Part shown: in pieces, positions 1 to 11,784 of the stretch
Position numbering within the stretch: the first letter of the stretch is position 1
Layout of the letters: each line of letters opens with the position of its first letter
Source: Cereibacter sphaeroides 2.4.1
Lineage (GTDB): Bacteria; Pseudomonadota; Alphaproteobacteria; Rhodobacterales; Rhodobacteraceae
NCBI RefSeq assembly: GCF_000012905.2
Contig: NC_007494.2
Location: forward strand, 240,001-272,000
Direction: 5' to 3'
Length of the DNA: 32,000 nucleotides
The notes under the pieces: generated by a model
The model's database searches: none
The model's input: the letters and a program-made list of their open reading frames with translations, nothing else
Told to the model about the DNA's origin: nothing
Translations under genes and position numbers: made by a program

Positions 1-59
1 TGTTCCCGCCATCAATCGGCCTGCCGTCATGGGCCCGCCCTTCTGGAAAGAGTCTCAAG

Positions 60-410
60 ATGAAAACGATCATGGCCGCCGCCGCCGCTACGATGATGCT
101 GGTTCCCGCCGCCTTTGCAGGCGAGATCGCGCTGAAGGCCCCGATGCAGGCCCAGAGCCTGCACGAGGGCGCGCTCGATCTCGTGGCCTACCGCCGCGAT
201 CTCGCGGAAGGCGGGCTCGAAGTCACTGCCGCCTTCCGCGCCCGCACGCCGTCGGGCGAGCCGCAGGTGGTCAAGATGCTCCTCGCCGATCAGGACCGGG
301 TGCAGTTCTCGATGCCGTCCGACCTGCGCACGGTCTATACCTTCGCCCGCGTTGCGGATCAGGTGACGATCACCGCCGAACCCGTGGCCTTCAGCCTCGC
401 CTCGCAGTGA
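60..410 (+). CDS. small exported hypothetical protein (116 aa)
   Basis: ATG ORF with a purine-rich GGAAAGAG upstream. N-terminus MKTIMAAAAATMMLVPAAFAG looks like a Sec signal peptide. G/C-rich third positions. Ends just before a strong hairpin. No family recognised. Confidence 0.5.
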   Translation: MKTIMAAAAATMMLVPAAFAGEIALKAPMQAQSLHEGALDLVAYRRDLAEGGLEVTAAFRARTPSGEPQVVKMLLADQDRVQFSMPSDLRTVYTFARVADQVTITAEPVAFSLASQ

Positions 411-446
411 GCGCACCCCGCGCCCGCGCGACCCGCGCTGACAGCA

Positions 447-474
447 AAAGGCCGGACCCTCGGGTCCGGCCTTT
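447..474. terminator. bidirectional intrinsic terminator between convergent genes
   Basis: Perfect 12-bp stem AAAGGCCGGACC / GGTCCGGCCTTT around a CTCG loop, with A/T-rich shoulders so either strand reads hairpin then T-run. Lies between the stop at 410 (+) and the stop at 498 (-). Confidence 0.75.
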
Positions 475-497
475 CCCTTGTGGCGCACGCCCCCGCC

Positions 498-2093
498 TCA
501 GCGCAGGCGATGGATCTGGGCCAGATGGAACTGGCCGAGCCAGGTCTCCGTGAGCGGCACGCCGTCCTGCGCGATATAGGCGCGCAGGTCCACCGTGTCC
601 GTCTCGGCCGGGGCCTTCAGGTCGAAGGTCAGCCGCCAGCGATCCGTCCCAACCACCCGCACGACGAAGGGATTGACCACCTTCACCCCTTCGGGCGCCG
701 AGATCTCGGGCGTGGCCCCCTCGCGCGGGTCGAGCCCTTCGAGCGCCGGGCCCGCGAAGTCGAGCACGACCTTGATCGCATCCTTCGGACGGGGCTGGCC
801 GGGCACGCCGCCATTGCCCACCTGCGTGGCGACGGTGCGGGCGAGCGGCATCTCGACGGGGGGCTCGTCCACCCAGTGCATCCGGTAGTCGAAGCGCAGC
901 TCGTCTCCGGCCTTGGGCGCGGTCTCCGGGTTCCAGAAGGCCACGATATTGTCGTAGATCTCGTCGTCGGTGGGGATCTCGACCAGCTGCACCGCGCCCG
1001 CGCCCCAGTCCGAGGTGGGCTCGATCCAGACGGCCGGGCGCTTGTCGTAGAAGACCCCGTCATCCTGATAATGGTTGAAATCCCGGTCGCGCTGCACGAG
1101 GCCGAAGCCCTTGAGCCCGCGGTCGAGGTAGCTCGAGGTCACCACGCGGTCGGGGTTGTTCAGCGGCCGCCAGATATGCTCGCCCGCGCCGGTATGGATC
1201 ATGAGCCCGTCGGTGTCGTGCACTTCCGGCCGCCAGTCCGCGGACTGGAAGCGGTTGCTCTCGGAATACCAGAACATCGAGGTGAGCGGCGCCACGCCCA
1301 GACGCTCGACCGGGGCGCGGAAGAAGAGGCGGCTCGAGATGTCCATGACCTGGCCCTTGCCGGGCGTGTCGCGCATCACCATCCGGTAGGCGCCGGTCAC
1401 GCTCGGCCCGTCCATCAGTGCGTTCACGATGGTCGCGCCGTCCGGCCCGGGCTCGAGGTAGAACTCCGTGAACCGCGGGAACTCCTCGGGGATCGAGAGG
1501 CCGGTGTTCAGCGCCACGGCGCGCGCCGACAGCCCGTACTGGCGCAGGGCGCCGTCGCTGCGGAAATAGGCCGCGCCCAGAAACGAGATCCAGTCGCTCT
1601 TCATGTCCGGCCGCATGAGCCGGAAGCCCGCGAAGCCCGCGTTCGTCTCGAGACCGTGCGCCGGGCTGTCCTCGGGCATCTCGAAATAGTCGGGGCTGTA
1701 GACCACCTCGCGGGCTTCGCCCTCGGCCACGGTGAAGATCTTCACCGGCTGGCGGAAGTAGGTGCCGAGATGGAAGAACTGCGCGAACGTGTCTCCCACC
1801 TGCACCGAGGCCGCATCGCGGAAGCGGATGCGCCAGTGCGCGTCGTAGTCGATCTTCTCCAGCACCTCGGGATGCTCGATCGGGGTCGGCGCATAGGGCT
1901 GGCGCGCAAGGGTTGCGGCGCGCTCGGCCAGAAGGTCGAAGGAGAAGGCGGACGGCGCCGAGAACACCGGGCCGGAGGAGGCCGCCGCGGGGACGGGGGT
2001 TTCCTGTGCGAGAACGGCGCCTGACAGCGACAATGCGGCCAGGAGGCTGAGGGCGGTCAGTCTGAAGGGCGGCGAGGACAAGGTCTGCTCCAT
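498..2093 (-). CDS. opgG: periplasmic glucan biosynthesis protein, OpgG/MdoG-OpgD family
   Basis: 531-aa ORF with signal-like N-terminus MEQTLSSPPFRLTALSLLAALSLSGAVLAQ. Internal SFLGAAYFRSDGALRQYGLSARAVALNTG and the overall length match the MdoG/OpgG family as I remember it. No twin-arginine motif, so G-type rather than D-type. Confidence 0.8.
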   Translation of the reverse strand: MEQTLSSPPFRLTALSLLAALSLSGAVLAQETPVPAAASSGPVFSAPSAFSFDLLAERAATLARQPYAPTPIEHPEVLEKIDYDAHWRIRFRDAASVQVGDTFAQFFHLGTYFRQPVKIFTVAEGEAREVVYSPDYFEMPEDSPAHGLETNAGFAGFRLMRPDMKSDWISFLGAAYFRSDGALRQYGLSARAVALNTGLSIPEEFPRFTEFYLEPGPDGATIVNALMDGPSVTGAYRMVMRDTPGKGQVMDISSRLFFRAPVERLGVAPLTSMFWYSESNRFQSADWRPEVHDTDGLMIHTGAGEHIWRPLNNPDRVVTSSYLDRGLKGFGLVQRDRDFNHYQDDGVFYDKRPAVWIEPTSDWGAGAVQLVEIPTDDEIYDNIVAFWNPETAPKAGDELRFDYRMHWVDEPPVEMPLARTVATQVGNGGVPGQPRPKDAIKVVLDFAGPALEGLDPREGATPEISAPEGVKVVNPFVVRVVGTDRWRLTFDLKAPAETDTVDLRAYIAQDGVPLTETWLGQFHLAQIHRLR

Positions 2094-2345
2094 TATGCTT
2101 CCGGCGCGGAAGCCCGAGCGATGCGATGTGGGCGAATCGGCGCCAGATCAAGACCAACTTGCAGCGGCCGCCGCCGTTCAGCGGCCCTGCGCCCAAGAAG
2201 CGCAGCCTTTGGGCGCTCCGCCCGCGGAGGATCGCCCATCGGAGGCGAAGCGCTTGATTGGGCGGCCTCCGCGACCCATGTCGTGCGATTGCCGGTCGCC
2301 CGGGCCTCGCGATACCTTCCGCCGGAAGCGGAGGTGCGGGGTCCG

Positions 2346-3446
2346 TCAGTCCTCGGGACAGGCGGGCGGTGTGACATCCTCCGGCAGCGATACGATCTGC
2401 ACCGGGGCGGGGTAGCCGCCCTGCGCCGGTTCGAGCCGCGCCATCATCTCGGGCGTGGCGAAGACCGCGCCATCGTCCGCGATCATCAGGACGGCGCGCA
2501 CGCCCATCGCCGCCGCGACCCGCGGCCAGGCCTCGCGGCCCGCGATGCAGAGCGCGGTGGCCGCGGCATCGGCCCGCGCGCCGTCGGTGTCGAGCACCGA
2601 GACCGAGACGATGCCCTGCATCGGACGGCCCGTCCGCGGATCGAGGATGTGCGAGAAGCGCACACCGCCGCGGTCGAAATAGCGCTCGTAATTGCCCGAC
2701 GTATGCAGGGCCTCGCCGGGGCGGAGCGAAACGCCCGCCACCACGCCCCACTGGAACGGATCGCGGATCGCCACCCGCCAGGGCCGCGCGCCGTGGCGGC
2801 CCATGACCTGCACACCGCCGCCGGCGTTCAGCACCGCATCCTCGACGCCTGCCGCCCGAAGCTCGGCCGCCGCCATCTCGAGCGCCGCCCCCTTGGCATA
2901 GGCCCCGAGATCGAGTTGAACCGCGGGATTGAGCGAGCGCACCTCGGTGCCGTCGAAGCGCAGGTCGGTCATGCGCGGGTGGCGCGCGACGAGGGCCGCG
3001 ATGGCGGCGGCGGATGGCGGATCGCCCTCGGGCAATGTGTCGGCGTGAAAGCCCCAGGCGCCGACCAGCCTGCCGATGGCCGGATCGAACAGCCCGCCGC
3101 TCGCACAGGAGAGGGCGCGCCCCTTGCGCAGGAGGGCCGCGAGGGTCGCATCCACGCGCTGCGGGCGCCCCGCCGCGATGGCCGTGTTCAAGGTCCCGAG
3201 TTCGCCCGGCCGCCAGCCGTGCCAGTCGCGATGCGCGGCCTCAAGGCTCTGGCCCGCGCGGGCGATGGCGGCGCGGGCCATGCGTTCGGGCACGCCGTGG
3301 GTCTCGATCTCTACCAGCGTGCCGAAGAGATAGAAGGTCTCGCGAACGTCCGAGGCGGGCTCGAGGCGCAGGGCCGCCACCCCGCCGAGCGCGAGCGCGG
3401 CGAGGGTAGCAAGGAAGGCCCGGCGCGGGAGGGTCACGGTCCGCAT
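2346..3446 (-). CDS. apbE: FAD:protein FMN transferase ApbE (RnfF-type)
   Basis: 366 aa. Twin-arginine-like leader MRTVTLPRRAFLATLAALALGG. ApbE-like motifs GAYAKGAALEMAAAEL, LNAGGGVQVMG and HILDPRTGRP. ATG at 3446 overlaps the rseC stop by 13 nt. Last gene of the fprA-fdxCN operon. Confidence 0.85.
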   Translation of the reverse strand: MRTVTLPRRAFLATLAALALGGVAALRLEPASDVRETFYLFGTLVEIETHGVPERMARAAIARAGQSLEAAHRDWHGWRPGELGTLNTAIAAGRPQRVDATLAALLRKGRALSCASGGLFDPAIGRLVGAWGFHADTLPEGDPPSAAAIAALVARHPRMTDLRFDGTEVRSLNPAVQLDLGAYAKGAALEMAAAELRAAGVEDAVLNAGGGVQVMGRHGARPWRVAIRDPFQWGVVAGVSLRPGEALHTSGNYERYFDRGGVRFSHILDPRTGRPMQGIVSVSVLDTDGARADAAATALCIAGREAWPRVAAAMGVRAVLMIADDGAVFATPEMMARLEPAQGGYPAPVQIVSLPEDVTPPACPED

Positions 3447-3919
3447 GGGTCGGGTTCGGAAGGCCCGGCGGGGTGGAGGGCCTCGACGCGGAGCGCCTCT
3501 GTCAGCCCCTCGCCCCGGCCGGCGAGGGCAAGGGGGATGAGCGAGAGCGCAAGGGCGGGCAGGCAGAGGAGCGCCACGCCCAGATCGGACAGCTGCAGCG
3601 CCAGCCCCGCGCCGGCCGCGATCACGACCGCCAGCGTGGGCAGCAGATAGGCCAGCCCCACCGCCGCGAGGAAGCGCCCGCCGGACAGAGCGACTTCGAC
3701 CTCATCGCCGGGCCGGGGCGCGAGGTCCGGCGGGCAGGCGATCTCGAGCAGCCGGGCGGGGCCGGAGGCCGCCGCCCCGCCGCAGGCCGCGCGCGCGCCG
3801 CAGCCGGCGCAGCCCGCGGCGCGCGGGGCCGTGAGCCGCAAGCGCCCGGCAGGTGCGGCGACCACCCTCAGCCGTTCGCGCAGCAGGCGCGGATCGGCCG
3901 GGGTGCCGGCGCCCGCCAT
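3434..3919 (-). CDS. rseC: RseC/MucC-family (SoxR-reducing-system-like) membrane protein
   Basis: 161 aa. Cys-rich N-terminal part (CAGCGARAACGG) followed by two hydrophobic helices (FLAAVGLAYLLPTLAVVIAAGAGLAL and LGVALLCLPALALSLIPLAL), the RseC architecture. ATG lies 4 nt after the fdxN stop, with GGAGG 9 nt upstream. Confidence 0.65.
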   Translation of the reverse strand: MAGAGTPADPRLLRERLRVVAAPAGRLRLTAPRAAGCAGCGARAACGGAAASGPARLLEIACPPDLAPRPGDEVEVALSGGRFLAAVGLAYLLPTLAVVIAAGAGLALQLSDLGVALLCLPALALSLIPLALAGRGEGLTEALRVEALHPAGPSEPDPCGP

Positions 3920-3923
3920 CGGC

Positions 3924-4121
3924 TCAGGCCTCCAGCGGGGCGATGCTGTCGGAGGTGCAGACGCTCATGCACTGCGGCATGTCGAAGGCGCCCTCGCATT
4001 CGGTGCAGACCTCGGACTTGATGAAATAGATGCCCTTGCGCGGCACGATCGCATGGGTGGGGCAGACGGGCTCGCAGTCGCCGCAGGCGGTGCAGAGATC
4101 GGCGGAGATGGTCATGGACAT
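3924..4121 (-). CDS. fdxN: 2[4Fe-4S] ferredoxin (FdxN / ferredoxin I type)
   Basis: Internal ATG at 4121 within track ORF 3924..4349, preceded by AAAGGAAC. 65 aa MSMTISADLCTACGDCEPVCP... with CxxCxxCxxxCP plus CxxCx8CxxxC cluster motifs. The upstream part of the track ORF is Arg-rich junk. Confidence 0.85.
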   Translation of the reverse strand: MSMTISADLCTACGDCEPVCPTHAIVPRKGIYFIKSEVCTECEGAFDMPQCMSVCTSDSIAPLEA

Positions 4122-4171
4122 GGGACGTTCCTTTCTGGGGTGGGAGAAGCCTGCCTTGGACGCGCCCGGCC

Positions 4172-6256
<2,085 letters not shown>

Positions 6257-6272
6257 TCAGACGGGACAGGCC

Positions 6273-6854
6273 ATGGGCGATTTCTTCTTCATCCTGCTCA
6301 GCACCGCGCTCGTGAACAACGTGGTTCTGGTCAAGTTTCTGGGGCTCTGTCCCTTCATGGGCGTGTCGCGCAAGACCGACGCGGCCATCGGCATGGGCCT
6401 CGCCACCACCTTCGTGCTGACCCTTGCCGCCGGCGCGAGCTGGATGGTCGAGGCGCTGATCCTCGAGCCGCTCGATCTCACCTTCCTGCGCATCCTGAGC
6501 CTCATCCTCGTGATCGCGGCGATCGTGCAGTTCATCGAAGTGGTGATGCGCAAGCTGGCCCCGGGGCTGCACAGGGCGCTCGGGATCTACCTGCCGCTCA
6601 TCACGACCAACTGTGCCGTCCTCGGCGTGGCGCTCCTGAACATCCAGGAGGGGCACGGGCTTGCCTCGAGCCTGCTCTACGGCTTCGGTTCGGCCTCGGG
6701 CTTCACCCTCGTCCTCGTGATCTTCGCCGGTATGCGCGAGCGTCTGGCGCAGCTTTCGGTGCCCGGTCCCTTCGCGGGCGCGCCCATCGCCTTCATTTCC
6801 GCAGGTCTCCTGTCGATGGCCTTCATGGGCTTCGCGGGACTTGCCCCGAACTGA
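6273..6854 (+). CDS. rnfA: Rnf electron transport complex subunit A
   Basis: Internal ATG at 6273 of the track ORF. 193 aa [32 protein letters not shown]...[11 protein letters not shown], a polytopic NqrE/RnfA-family protein. Confidence 0.9.
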   Translation: MGDFFFILLSTALVNNVVLVKFLGLCPFMGVSRKTDAAIGMGLATTFVLTLAAGASWMVEALILEPLDLTFLRILSLILVIAAIVQFIEVVMRKLAPGLHRALGIYLPLITTNCAVLGVALLNIQEGHGLASSLLYGFGSASGFTLVLVIFAGMRERLAQLSVPGPFAGAPIAFISAGLLSMAFMGFAGLAPN

Positions 6855-6873
6855 CCCGGACCGGAGCCCCACC

Positions 6874-7440
6874 ATGATCGAAGCCGCCGTCTCCATGTCT
6901 GCCCTGGGCCTCGGGCTGGGCCTCCTGCTCGGGGTGGCCGCCCGCAGGTTCCATGTCGAGAGCCCGCCCATCGTCGATGCGATCGAGGGCATCCTGCCCG
7001 GCACCAACTGCGGCGCCTGCGGCTATCCCGGCTGCCGGGGCCTCGCCGAGGCCATGTCGGAGGGCGCGGCCCCCGTCACCGCCTGCGCGCCCGGCGGACG
7101 CGACGTGGCGCTGGCGCTGGCGGCCATCGTCGAGACCGACGGCGGCGGCGGGGCGGTTCCGGGCATGGCCGAGGCCGAGCCCACCGTGGCCTTCATCTTC
7201 GAGGACCACTGCACGGGCTGCATGCGCTGCTTCAAGCGCTGTCCCACCGATGCGATCATCGGCGCGAACAGGCAGATCCACACCGTGGTCACCGACGCCT
7301 GCATCGGCTGCAACGCCTGCATCGAGGCCTGCCCGACCGAGGCCATCGTGGCGCGCGTGAAGCCGAAGACCCTCAAGAGCTGGTACTGGGACAAGCCCCG
7401 CACGGCCTTCGAGGCCCGGGGCACGGAGGTGGCGGCATGA
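6874..7440 (+). CDS. rnfB: Rnf complex subunit B (Fe-S protein)
   Basis: ATG at 6874 with GGAG 7 nt upstream (the track ORF starts at a TTG at 6841). N-terminal TM helix, CGACGYPGC motif, then two ferredoxin motifs CTGCMRCFKRCP and CIGCNACIEACP. Confidence 0.9.
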   Translation: MIEAAVSMSALGLGLGLLLGVAARRFHVESPPIVDAIEGILPGTNCGACGYPGCRGLAEAMSEGAAPVTACAPGGRDVALALAAIVETDGGGGAVPGMAEAEPTVAFIFEDHCTGCMRCFKRCPTDAIIGANRQIHTVVTDACIGCNACIEACPTEAIVARVKPKTLKSWYWDKPRTAFEARGTEVAA

Positions 7441-8990
7441 GCTTTCCCCATTTCGCGGCCCTCTTCCGGCCCTCGCAGTTCTTCGGCATCCGCGGCGGCG
7501 TCCACCCCGAGACGCGCAAGCATCTGAGCTCGGAAAGCCCCATCGAGGACATGCCGATCCCCACGCTGATCCGCGTGCCGCTCCAGCAGCATATCGGCGC
7601 CGAGGCCGAGCCGCTGGTCAGGCGCGACGATCTGGTGGTGAAGGGCCAGCTGATCGGGCGCGCCCGCGGCCCGGTCTCGGCCAACATACACGCGCCGACC
7701 TCGGGCCGGGTGATCGCGGTGGGCCATTTCGCGGCTCCCCATCCCTCGGGGCTGCCCATTCCCACCATCACCATCCGCACCGACGGGCAGGACAGCTGGG
7801 GGCCCCGGCTGGGTCGCCTCCGGCCCGAGAATGCCACCCCCGAGGAGATCGCGGCCAAGGTGGCCGAGGCGGGGATCGTGGGCATGGGCGGCGCCACCTT
7901 CCCCTCGGCGGTGAAGCTGAACCTGCGGGCGAAATACGACCTCCATACGCTCGTCATCAACGGGGCGGAATGCGAGCCCTACCTCACCTGCGACGACCGG
8001 CTGATGCGCGAGCGGGCCGAGGAGATCGCCGACGGCGTGGGGATCATGGCAAGGGCTCTGGGCGTGACGCAGATCGTCGTGGCCATCGAGTCGAACAAGG
8101 CCGAGGCGATCTCGGCCATGCAGCGCTTCGACCGCGCGCTCGACATCCCGCTCCGGGTGCAGGTGGTGCCGACCCAGTATCCGATGGGCTCGGAGAAGCA
8201 TCTGGTGAAGATCCTGACCGGGCGCGAGACGCCGGCGCGGGCGCTGACGGCCGATCTGGGCGTCGTCGTCCACAATGCCGCCACCGCCCATGCCGTCCAT
8301 CTCGCGGTGCGCTACGGCGAGCCTCTCCTGTCGCGCGTGGTCACGGTCTCGGGCCGGGCGGTGCGGCGGCCTGCCAATGTGCGCGTCCTGATCGGCACGC
8401 CGGTGTCTGAGGTCGTCGCCCATTGCGGCGGCTATGCCGAAGAGCCCGACCGGCTGCTTCTCGGCGGGCCGATGATGGGCCAGCCGATCCAGAACCTGCG
8501 CGTGCCGGTGGTGAAGGGCACAAGCGGCATCCTCGCCCTGACGCGCGCCGAGACCCCCGGCGTCGATACGATGCCCTGCATCCGCTGCGGGCGCTGTGCG
8601 CAGGCCTGCCCCGTGGGCCTCACGCCCTTCGAACTCAATGCCCGCATCCAGTCCGAGGATCTCGAGGGGGCGGGGCGGATCGGGCTTCTCGACTGCATCA
8701 CCTGCGGCTGCTGCTCCTTCACCTGCCCCTCGAACCTCCCGCTCGTGCAGACGATCCATTACGCCAAGGGCAAGCTCGCCGAGGCCGAGGGGCGCAGGCA
8801 CCAACAGGAAGAGACGAAGCGCCTCGCCGCCGCGCGGAAGGCGCGCGAGGAGGCCGCGGCCGAGGCCAAGCGGCAGATGATGGCGAAACGCAAGGCCGAG
8901 ATGGAGGCCAGGAAGCAGCGCGAGGCCGCCGCGCCCCCGCCGCCACCGCTCGCTCAGGCGATGGCCCAGCCCGGAGGTGCCGCGCAATGA
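7437..8990 (+). CDS. rnfC: Rnf complex subunit C
   Basis: 517 aa. GMGGATFP nucleotide/FMN motif, CIRCGRCAQACP and CITCGCCSFTCP clusters, Lys/Glu/Ala-rich C-terminal tail. ATGA overlap with the rnfB stop. Confidence 0.9.
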   Translation: MSFPHFAALFRPSQFFGIRGGVHPETRKHLSSESPIEDMPIPTLIRVPLQQHIGAEAEPLVRRDDLVVKGQLIGRARGPVSANIHAPTSGRVIAVGHFAAPHPSGLPIPTITIRTDGQDSWGPRLGRLRPENATPEEIAAKVAEAGIVGMGGATFPSAVKLNLRAKYDLHTLVINGAECEPYLTCDDRLMRERAEEIADGVGIMARALGVTQIVVAIESNKAEAISAMQRFDRALDIPLRVQVVPTQYPMGSEKHLVKILTGRETPARALTADLGVVVHNAATAHAVHLAVRYGEPLLSRVVTVSGRAVRRPANVRVLIGTPVSEVVAHCGGYAEEPDRLLLGGPMMGQPIQNLRVPVVKGTSGILALTRAETPGVDTMPCIRCGRCAQACPVGLTPFELNARIQSEDLEGAGRIGLLDCITCGCCSFTCPSNLPLVQTIHYAKGKLAEAEGRRHQQEETKRLAAARKAREEAAAEAKRQMMAKRKAEMEARKQREAAAPPPPPLAQAMAQPGGAAQ

Positions 8991-10075
8991 CCGCCCCGCT
9001 CATCATCTCGGGTCCCCATACCCACACGCTCTTCACCGTCTCGCGCACCATGCTGACGGTGAGCGCGGCGCTGGCGCCCGCCACGCTCTTCGGCCTGTGG
9101 ATGTTCGGCTGGCCCGCGATCTTCCTCTTCCTCGTGACGGTGGCCTCGGCCTGGCTGTTCGAGGTGGCCTGCCTCCGGGTCGCGGGCAAGCCCGTGGCGC
9201 GGTTCGCGGGCGACGGCTCGGCCATCTTGACGGGCTGGCTCGTGGCCATGACGCTGCCGCCCTATGCGCCTTGGTGGCTCGGCATGACGGGCTCGGCCAT
9301 CGCCATCGTCATCGCGAAACATCTCTTCGGCGGCCTCGGCCAGAACCTCTTCAACCCGGCCATGGTCGCCCGCGCCATGCTGCTCATCGCGCTGCCCGTC
9401 CACATGACGACCTGGGTCGCGCCGGTGGGATTGCCCGAGGGGCCGGGCTTCCTCGACGGCCTCGCCATCACCTTCGCGGGTTCGCAGGAGTTCGACGCGG
9501 TCTCGAGCGCGTCCACGCTGAGCCACATCAAGAGCCAGATCGGCGCGGGCGCCACCATGTCCGAGATCGCGCCGGATCTGTCCGATCTCGAGGCGCGGCT
9601 GATCGGCCTCGTTCCGGGCAGCCTCGGCGAGACCAGCACGATCCTCCTTCTCCTCGGAGGCATCGCGTTGATGGCGCTGCGCATCATCACGCCGGTGATC
9701 CCACTCTCGGTGCTGGGCACGCTGGCCGGGCTCTCGGCGGTGGCCTCGACCCTCGCCCCCGACCGGTTCGCGCCGCCGCTCCTGCATCTGACCTCGGGCT
9801 CGACGATGCTCTGCGCCTTCTTCATCGCGACCGACTATGTGACCTCGCCGGTCACTGCGATGGGCAAGCTCGTCTATGGCGTGGCGATCGGCGCGCTCGT
9901 CTTCGTGATCCGCACCTGGGGATCGTTCCCTGAGGGCGTGGCCTTCGCGGTGCTTTTGATGAATGCCTGCACGCCGCTGATCGAAACCTATGTGCGCCCG
10001 CGCGTCTTCGGCCGCACCCGGACGGGCAAGTCCCTGCCGGTCAAGGCCCGGACGCCGCGCGGAGGGAAGAGATGA
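8987..10075 (+). CDS. rnfD: Rnf complex subunit D (NqrB-like)
   Basis: ATG at 8987 (ATGA overlap with the rnfC stop, GGAGG upstream). 362-aa polytopic membrane protein with FMN-attachment-type segment [10 protein letters not shown]. Confidence 0.9.
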   Translation: MTAPLIISGPHTHTLFTVSRTMLTVSAALAPATLFGLWMFGWPAIFLFLVTVASAWLFEVACLRVAGKPVARFAGDGSAILTGWLVAMTLPPYAPWWLGMTGSAIAIVIAKHLFGGLGQNLFNPAMVARAMLLIALPVHMTTWVAPVGLPEGPGFLDGLAITFAGSQEFDAVSSASTLSHIKSQIGAGATMSEIAPDLSDLEARLIGLVPGSLGETSTILLLLGGIALMALRIITPVIPLSVLGTLAGLSAVASTLAPDRFAPPLLHLTSGSTMLCAFFIATDYVTSPVTAMGKLVYGVAIGALVFVIRTWGSFPEGVAFAVLLMNACTPLIETYVRPRVFGRTRTGKSLPVKARTPRGGKR

Positions 10076-10731
10076 CCGACGACACCGCCGCTCCGCCGCC
10101 CCGGGGCCCCGCCCGCGACTGGAAGAGCTCGCCCCTCGTCTCGGGGCTGCTCCTCGGCCTCTTCTCGCTCGTCTCGGCGCTGATGCTGGCGCTGGCCAGC
10201 GACGCCACCCGCGGCCCCATCGCCGCCCGCTCGGCCGAGGATCTGCTGGCCTCGCTGGCGCAGGTGCTGCCCGAAACCTTGCACGACAACGATCCCACCG
10301 CCGACATCCGGACCCTTTCGGACGCGGACGAAGGGGCGGTGCGGGTCTATGTCGCGGCCAGGGGCGGGGCGGTGACGGCCGTCACCTTCGAGCTCACGGG
10401 CTATGGATACGGCGGCGCGATCCGCGTCCTGATGGCTGTGGCCGCCGACGGCACGATCCTCGGTGCGCGCGTCCTCTCGCACACCGAGACGCCGGGCCTC
10501 GGCGACAAGATCGAGATCGGCAAGGACGACTGGATCGAGGGCTTCGCCGGACGTTCGCTCACCGATCCGGGGCCCGCGGGCTGGAAGGTGCGCCGCGACG
10601 GCGGCGTGTTCGACCAGTTCTCGGGCGCGACCATCACGCCGCGCGCGGTGGTGGGCACCATCCACCGCGGCCTCACCCTGTTCGACCGTCACCGCGCGGA
10701 GCTGCTCGCCCCGCTCCCACCCCGCTCCTGA
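10072..10731 (+). CDS. rnfG: Rnf complex subunit G (FMN-binding)
   Basis: 219 aa, one N-terminal TM helix, [10 protein letters not shown] and the flavinylation motif [17 protein letters not shown] overlap with the rnfD stop; GGAGGGAAG upstream. Confidence 0.9.
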   Translation: MTDDTAAPPPRGPARDWKSSPLVSGLLLGLFSLVSALMLALASDATRGPIAARSAEDLLASLAQVLPETLHDNDPTADIRTLSDADEGAVRVYVAARGGAVTAVTFELTGYGYGGAIRVLMAVAADGTILGARVLSHTETPGLGDKIEIGKDDWIEGFAGRSLTDPGPAGWKVRRDGGVFDQFSGATITPRAVVGTIHRGLTLFDRHRAELLAPLPPRS

Positions 10732-10746
10732 GGGAGGAGGCCCCCC

Positions 10747-11481
10747 ATGTCCACGGACTTCGGCAAGATCGCCCGCGACGGGCTCTGGGACAAGAACATC
10801 GTGGTGGGCCAGATGCTGGCGCTCTGTCCCACGCTCGCCATCACCGGCACGGCCACCAATGGGCTCGGGATGGGGCTGGCCACCACCGCCGTCCTCATCC
10901 TGTCGAACGCGGCCATCTCGGCCCTGCGCCGCGCCATCACGCCCGAGATCCGCATCCCGGCCTTCGTCCTCGTGATCGCGGCCATCGTGACGGTGGTCGA
11001 TCTCGCGCTGAATGCCTGGGTCCACGACCTGCACAAGGTTCTGGGCCTCTTCATCGCGCTGATCGTCACGAACTGCGCCATTCTCGGGCGCGCCGAAGCC
11101 TTCGCCTCGCGCCACGGCATCCTCGCTTCGGCCTTCGACGGGCTGACCATGGGCGTGGGCTTCACGCTGGCGCTGGTCCTCGTCGGGGCGGTGCGCGAGC
11201 TGGTGGGGTCTGGCACGCTCTTCGCGCAGGCCTCGGTGCTGCTCGGGCCGCATTTCGCCTTCATGGAGCTCACGATCCTGCCCGACTATCCGGGCTTCCT
11301 GATCGCCATCCTGCCGCCGGGCGGCTTCATCCTGCTCGGCGTCATCCTCGCGCTGAAGTCCATCGTCGACAGCCGCAAGAAGAGCCTCGAGCAGGAGATC
11401 CGGGATCTGCGCGTCGAACGCGTGTTCACCGCGGCCGGCGTGCTGACGCCGCGGCTGCAAGAGGCGGGGGACGACGCATGA
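10747..11481 (+). CDS. rnfE: Rnf complex subunit E
   Basis: 244 aa MSTDFGKIARDGLWDKNIVVGQMLALCPTLAIT...ALIVTNCAILGRAEAFA, NqrD/RnfE family. GGGAGGAGG upstream. Confidence 0.9.
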   Translation: MSTDFGKIARDGLWDKNIVVGQMLALCPTLAITGTATNGLGMGLATTAVLILSNAAISALRRAITPEIRIPAFVLVIAAIVTVVDLALNAWVHDLHKVLGLFIALIVTNCAILGRAEAFASRHGILASAFDGLTMGVGFTLALVLVGAVRELVGSGTLFAQASVLLGPHFAFMELTILPDYPGFLIAILPPGGFILLGVILALKSIVDSRKKSLEQEIRDLRVERVFTAAGVLTPRLQEAGDDA

Positions 11482-11735
11482 TCGTGGGAGTGGCCTATGC
11501 CAAGCCGACCGTGCAGGTCTGGAAACATGTGGACGTGCCCGAGGGCACCTCTGCGCGCGAGGCGATCGAACGGTCCGGGCTTCTGGCCCAGTTCCCCGAG
11601 ATCGACCTTGCAGTGAACAAGGTGGGGATCTTCGGCGCCATCTGCCCGCTCGACCGGACACTCGCCGAGGGCGACCGCGTCGAGATCTACCGCCCGATCC
11701 ATCCCGAAGCCGAGCTCTTGGAAAAGAAACGCTGA
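11478..11735 (+). CDS. rnfH: RnfH-family small protein
   Basis: 85 aa MIVGVAYAKPTVQVW...GDRVEIYRPIHPE. ATGA overlap with the rnfE stop. Its position after rnfE is the canonical one. Confidence 0.85.
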   Translation: MIVGVAYAKPTVQVWKHVDVPEGTSAREAIERSGLLAQFPEIDLAVNKVGIFGAICPLDRTLAEGDRVEIYRPIHPEAELLEKKR

Positions 11736-11737
11736 TC

Positions 11738-11767
11738 CCGGGCGTCCCGGCCGCGGGCCGGGCCCGG
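11738..11767 (+). terminator. GC-rich hairpin after rnfH (possible terminator/attenuator, no U-tract)
   Basis: CCGGG(cgt)CCCGGCC-gcg-GGCCGGGCCCGG: 12 bp of G:C-rich stem with a 3-nt bulge, starting 3 nt after the rnfH stop. Followed by AGGAGA and the next ATG. Confidence 0.35.
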
Positions 11768-11784
11768 TCCCGCTAGGAGACCTG

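Noticed and set aside
480-2024. 514-aa plus-strand ORF antisense to opgG
   Set aside because: Arg/Gly/His-rich low-complexity translation with no motifs. It fully shadows a gene with clear family signatures. This is a typical high-GC antisense open frame.
7023-11661. Long minus-strand ORFs (7023..8987, 8954..9787, 9988..11661) opposite rnfC-rnfE
   Set aside because: Antisense shadows of well-supported rnf genes with Arg/Gly/His/Asp-rich junk translations.
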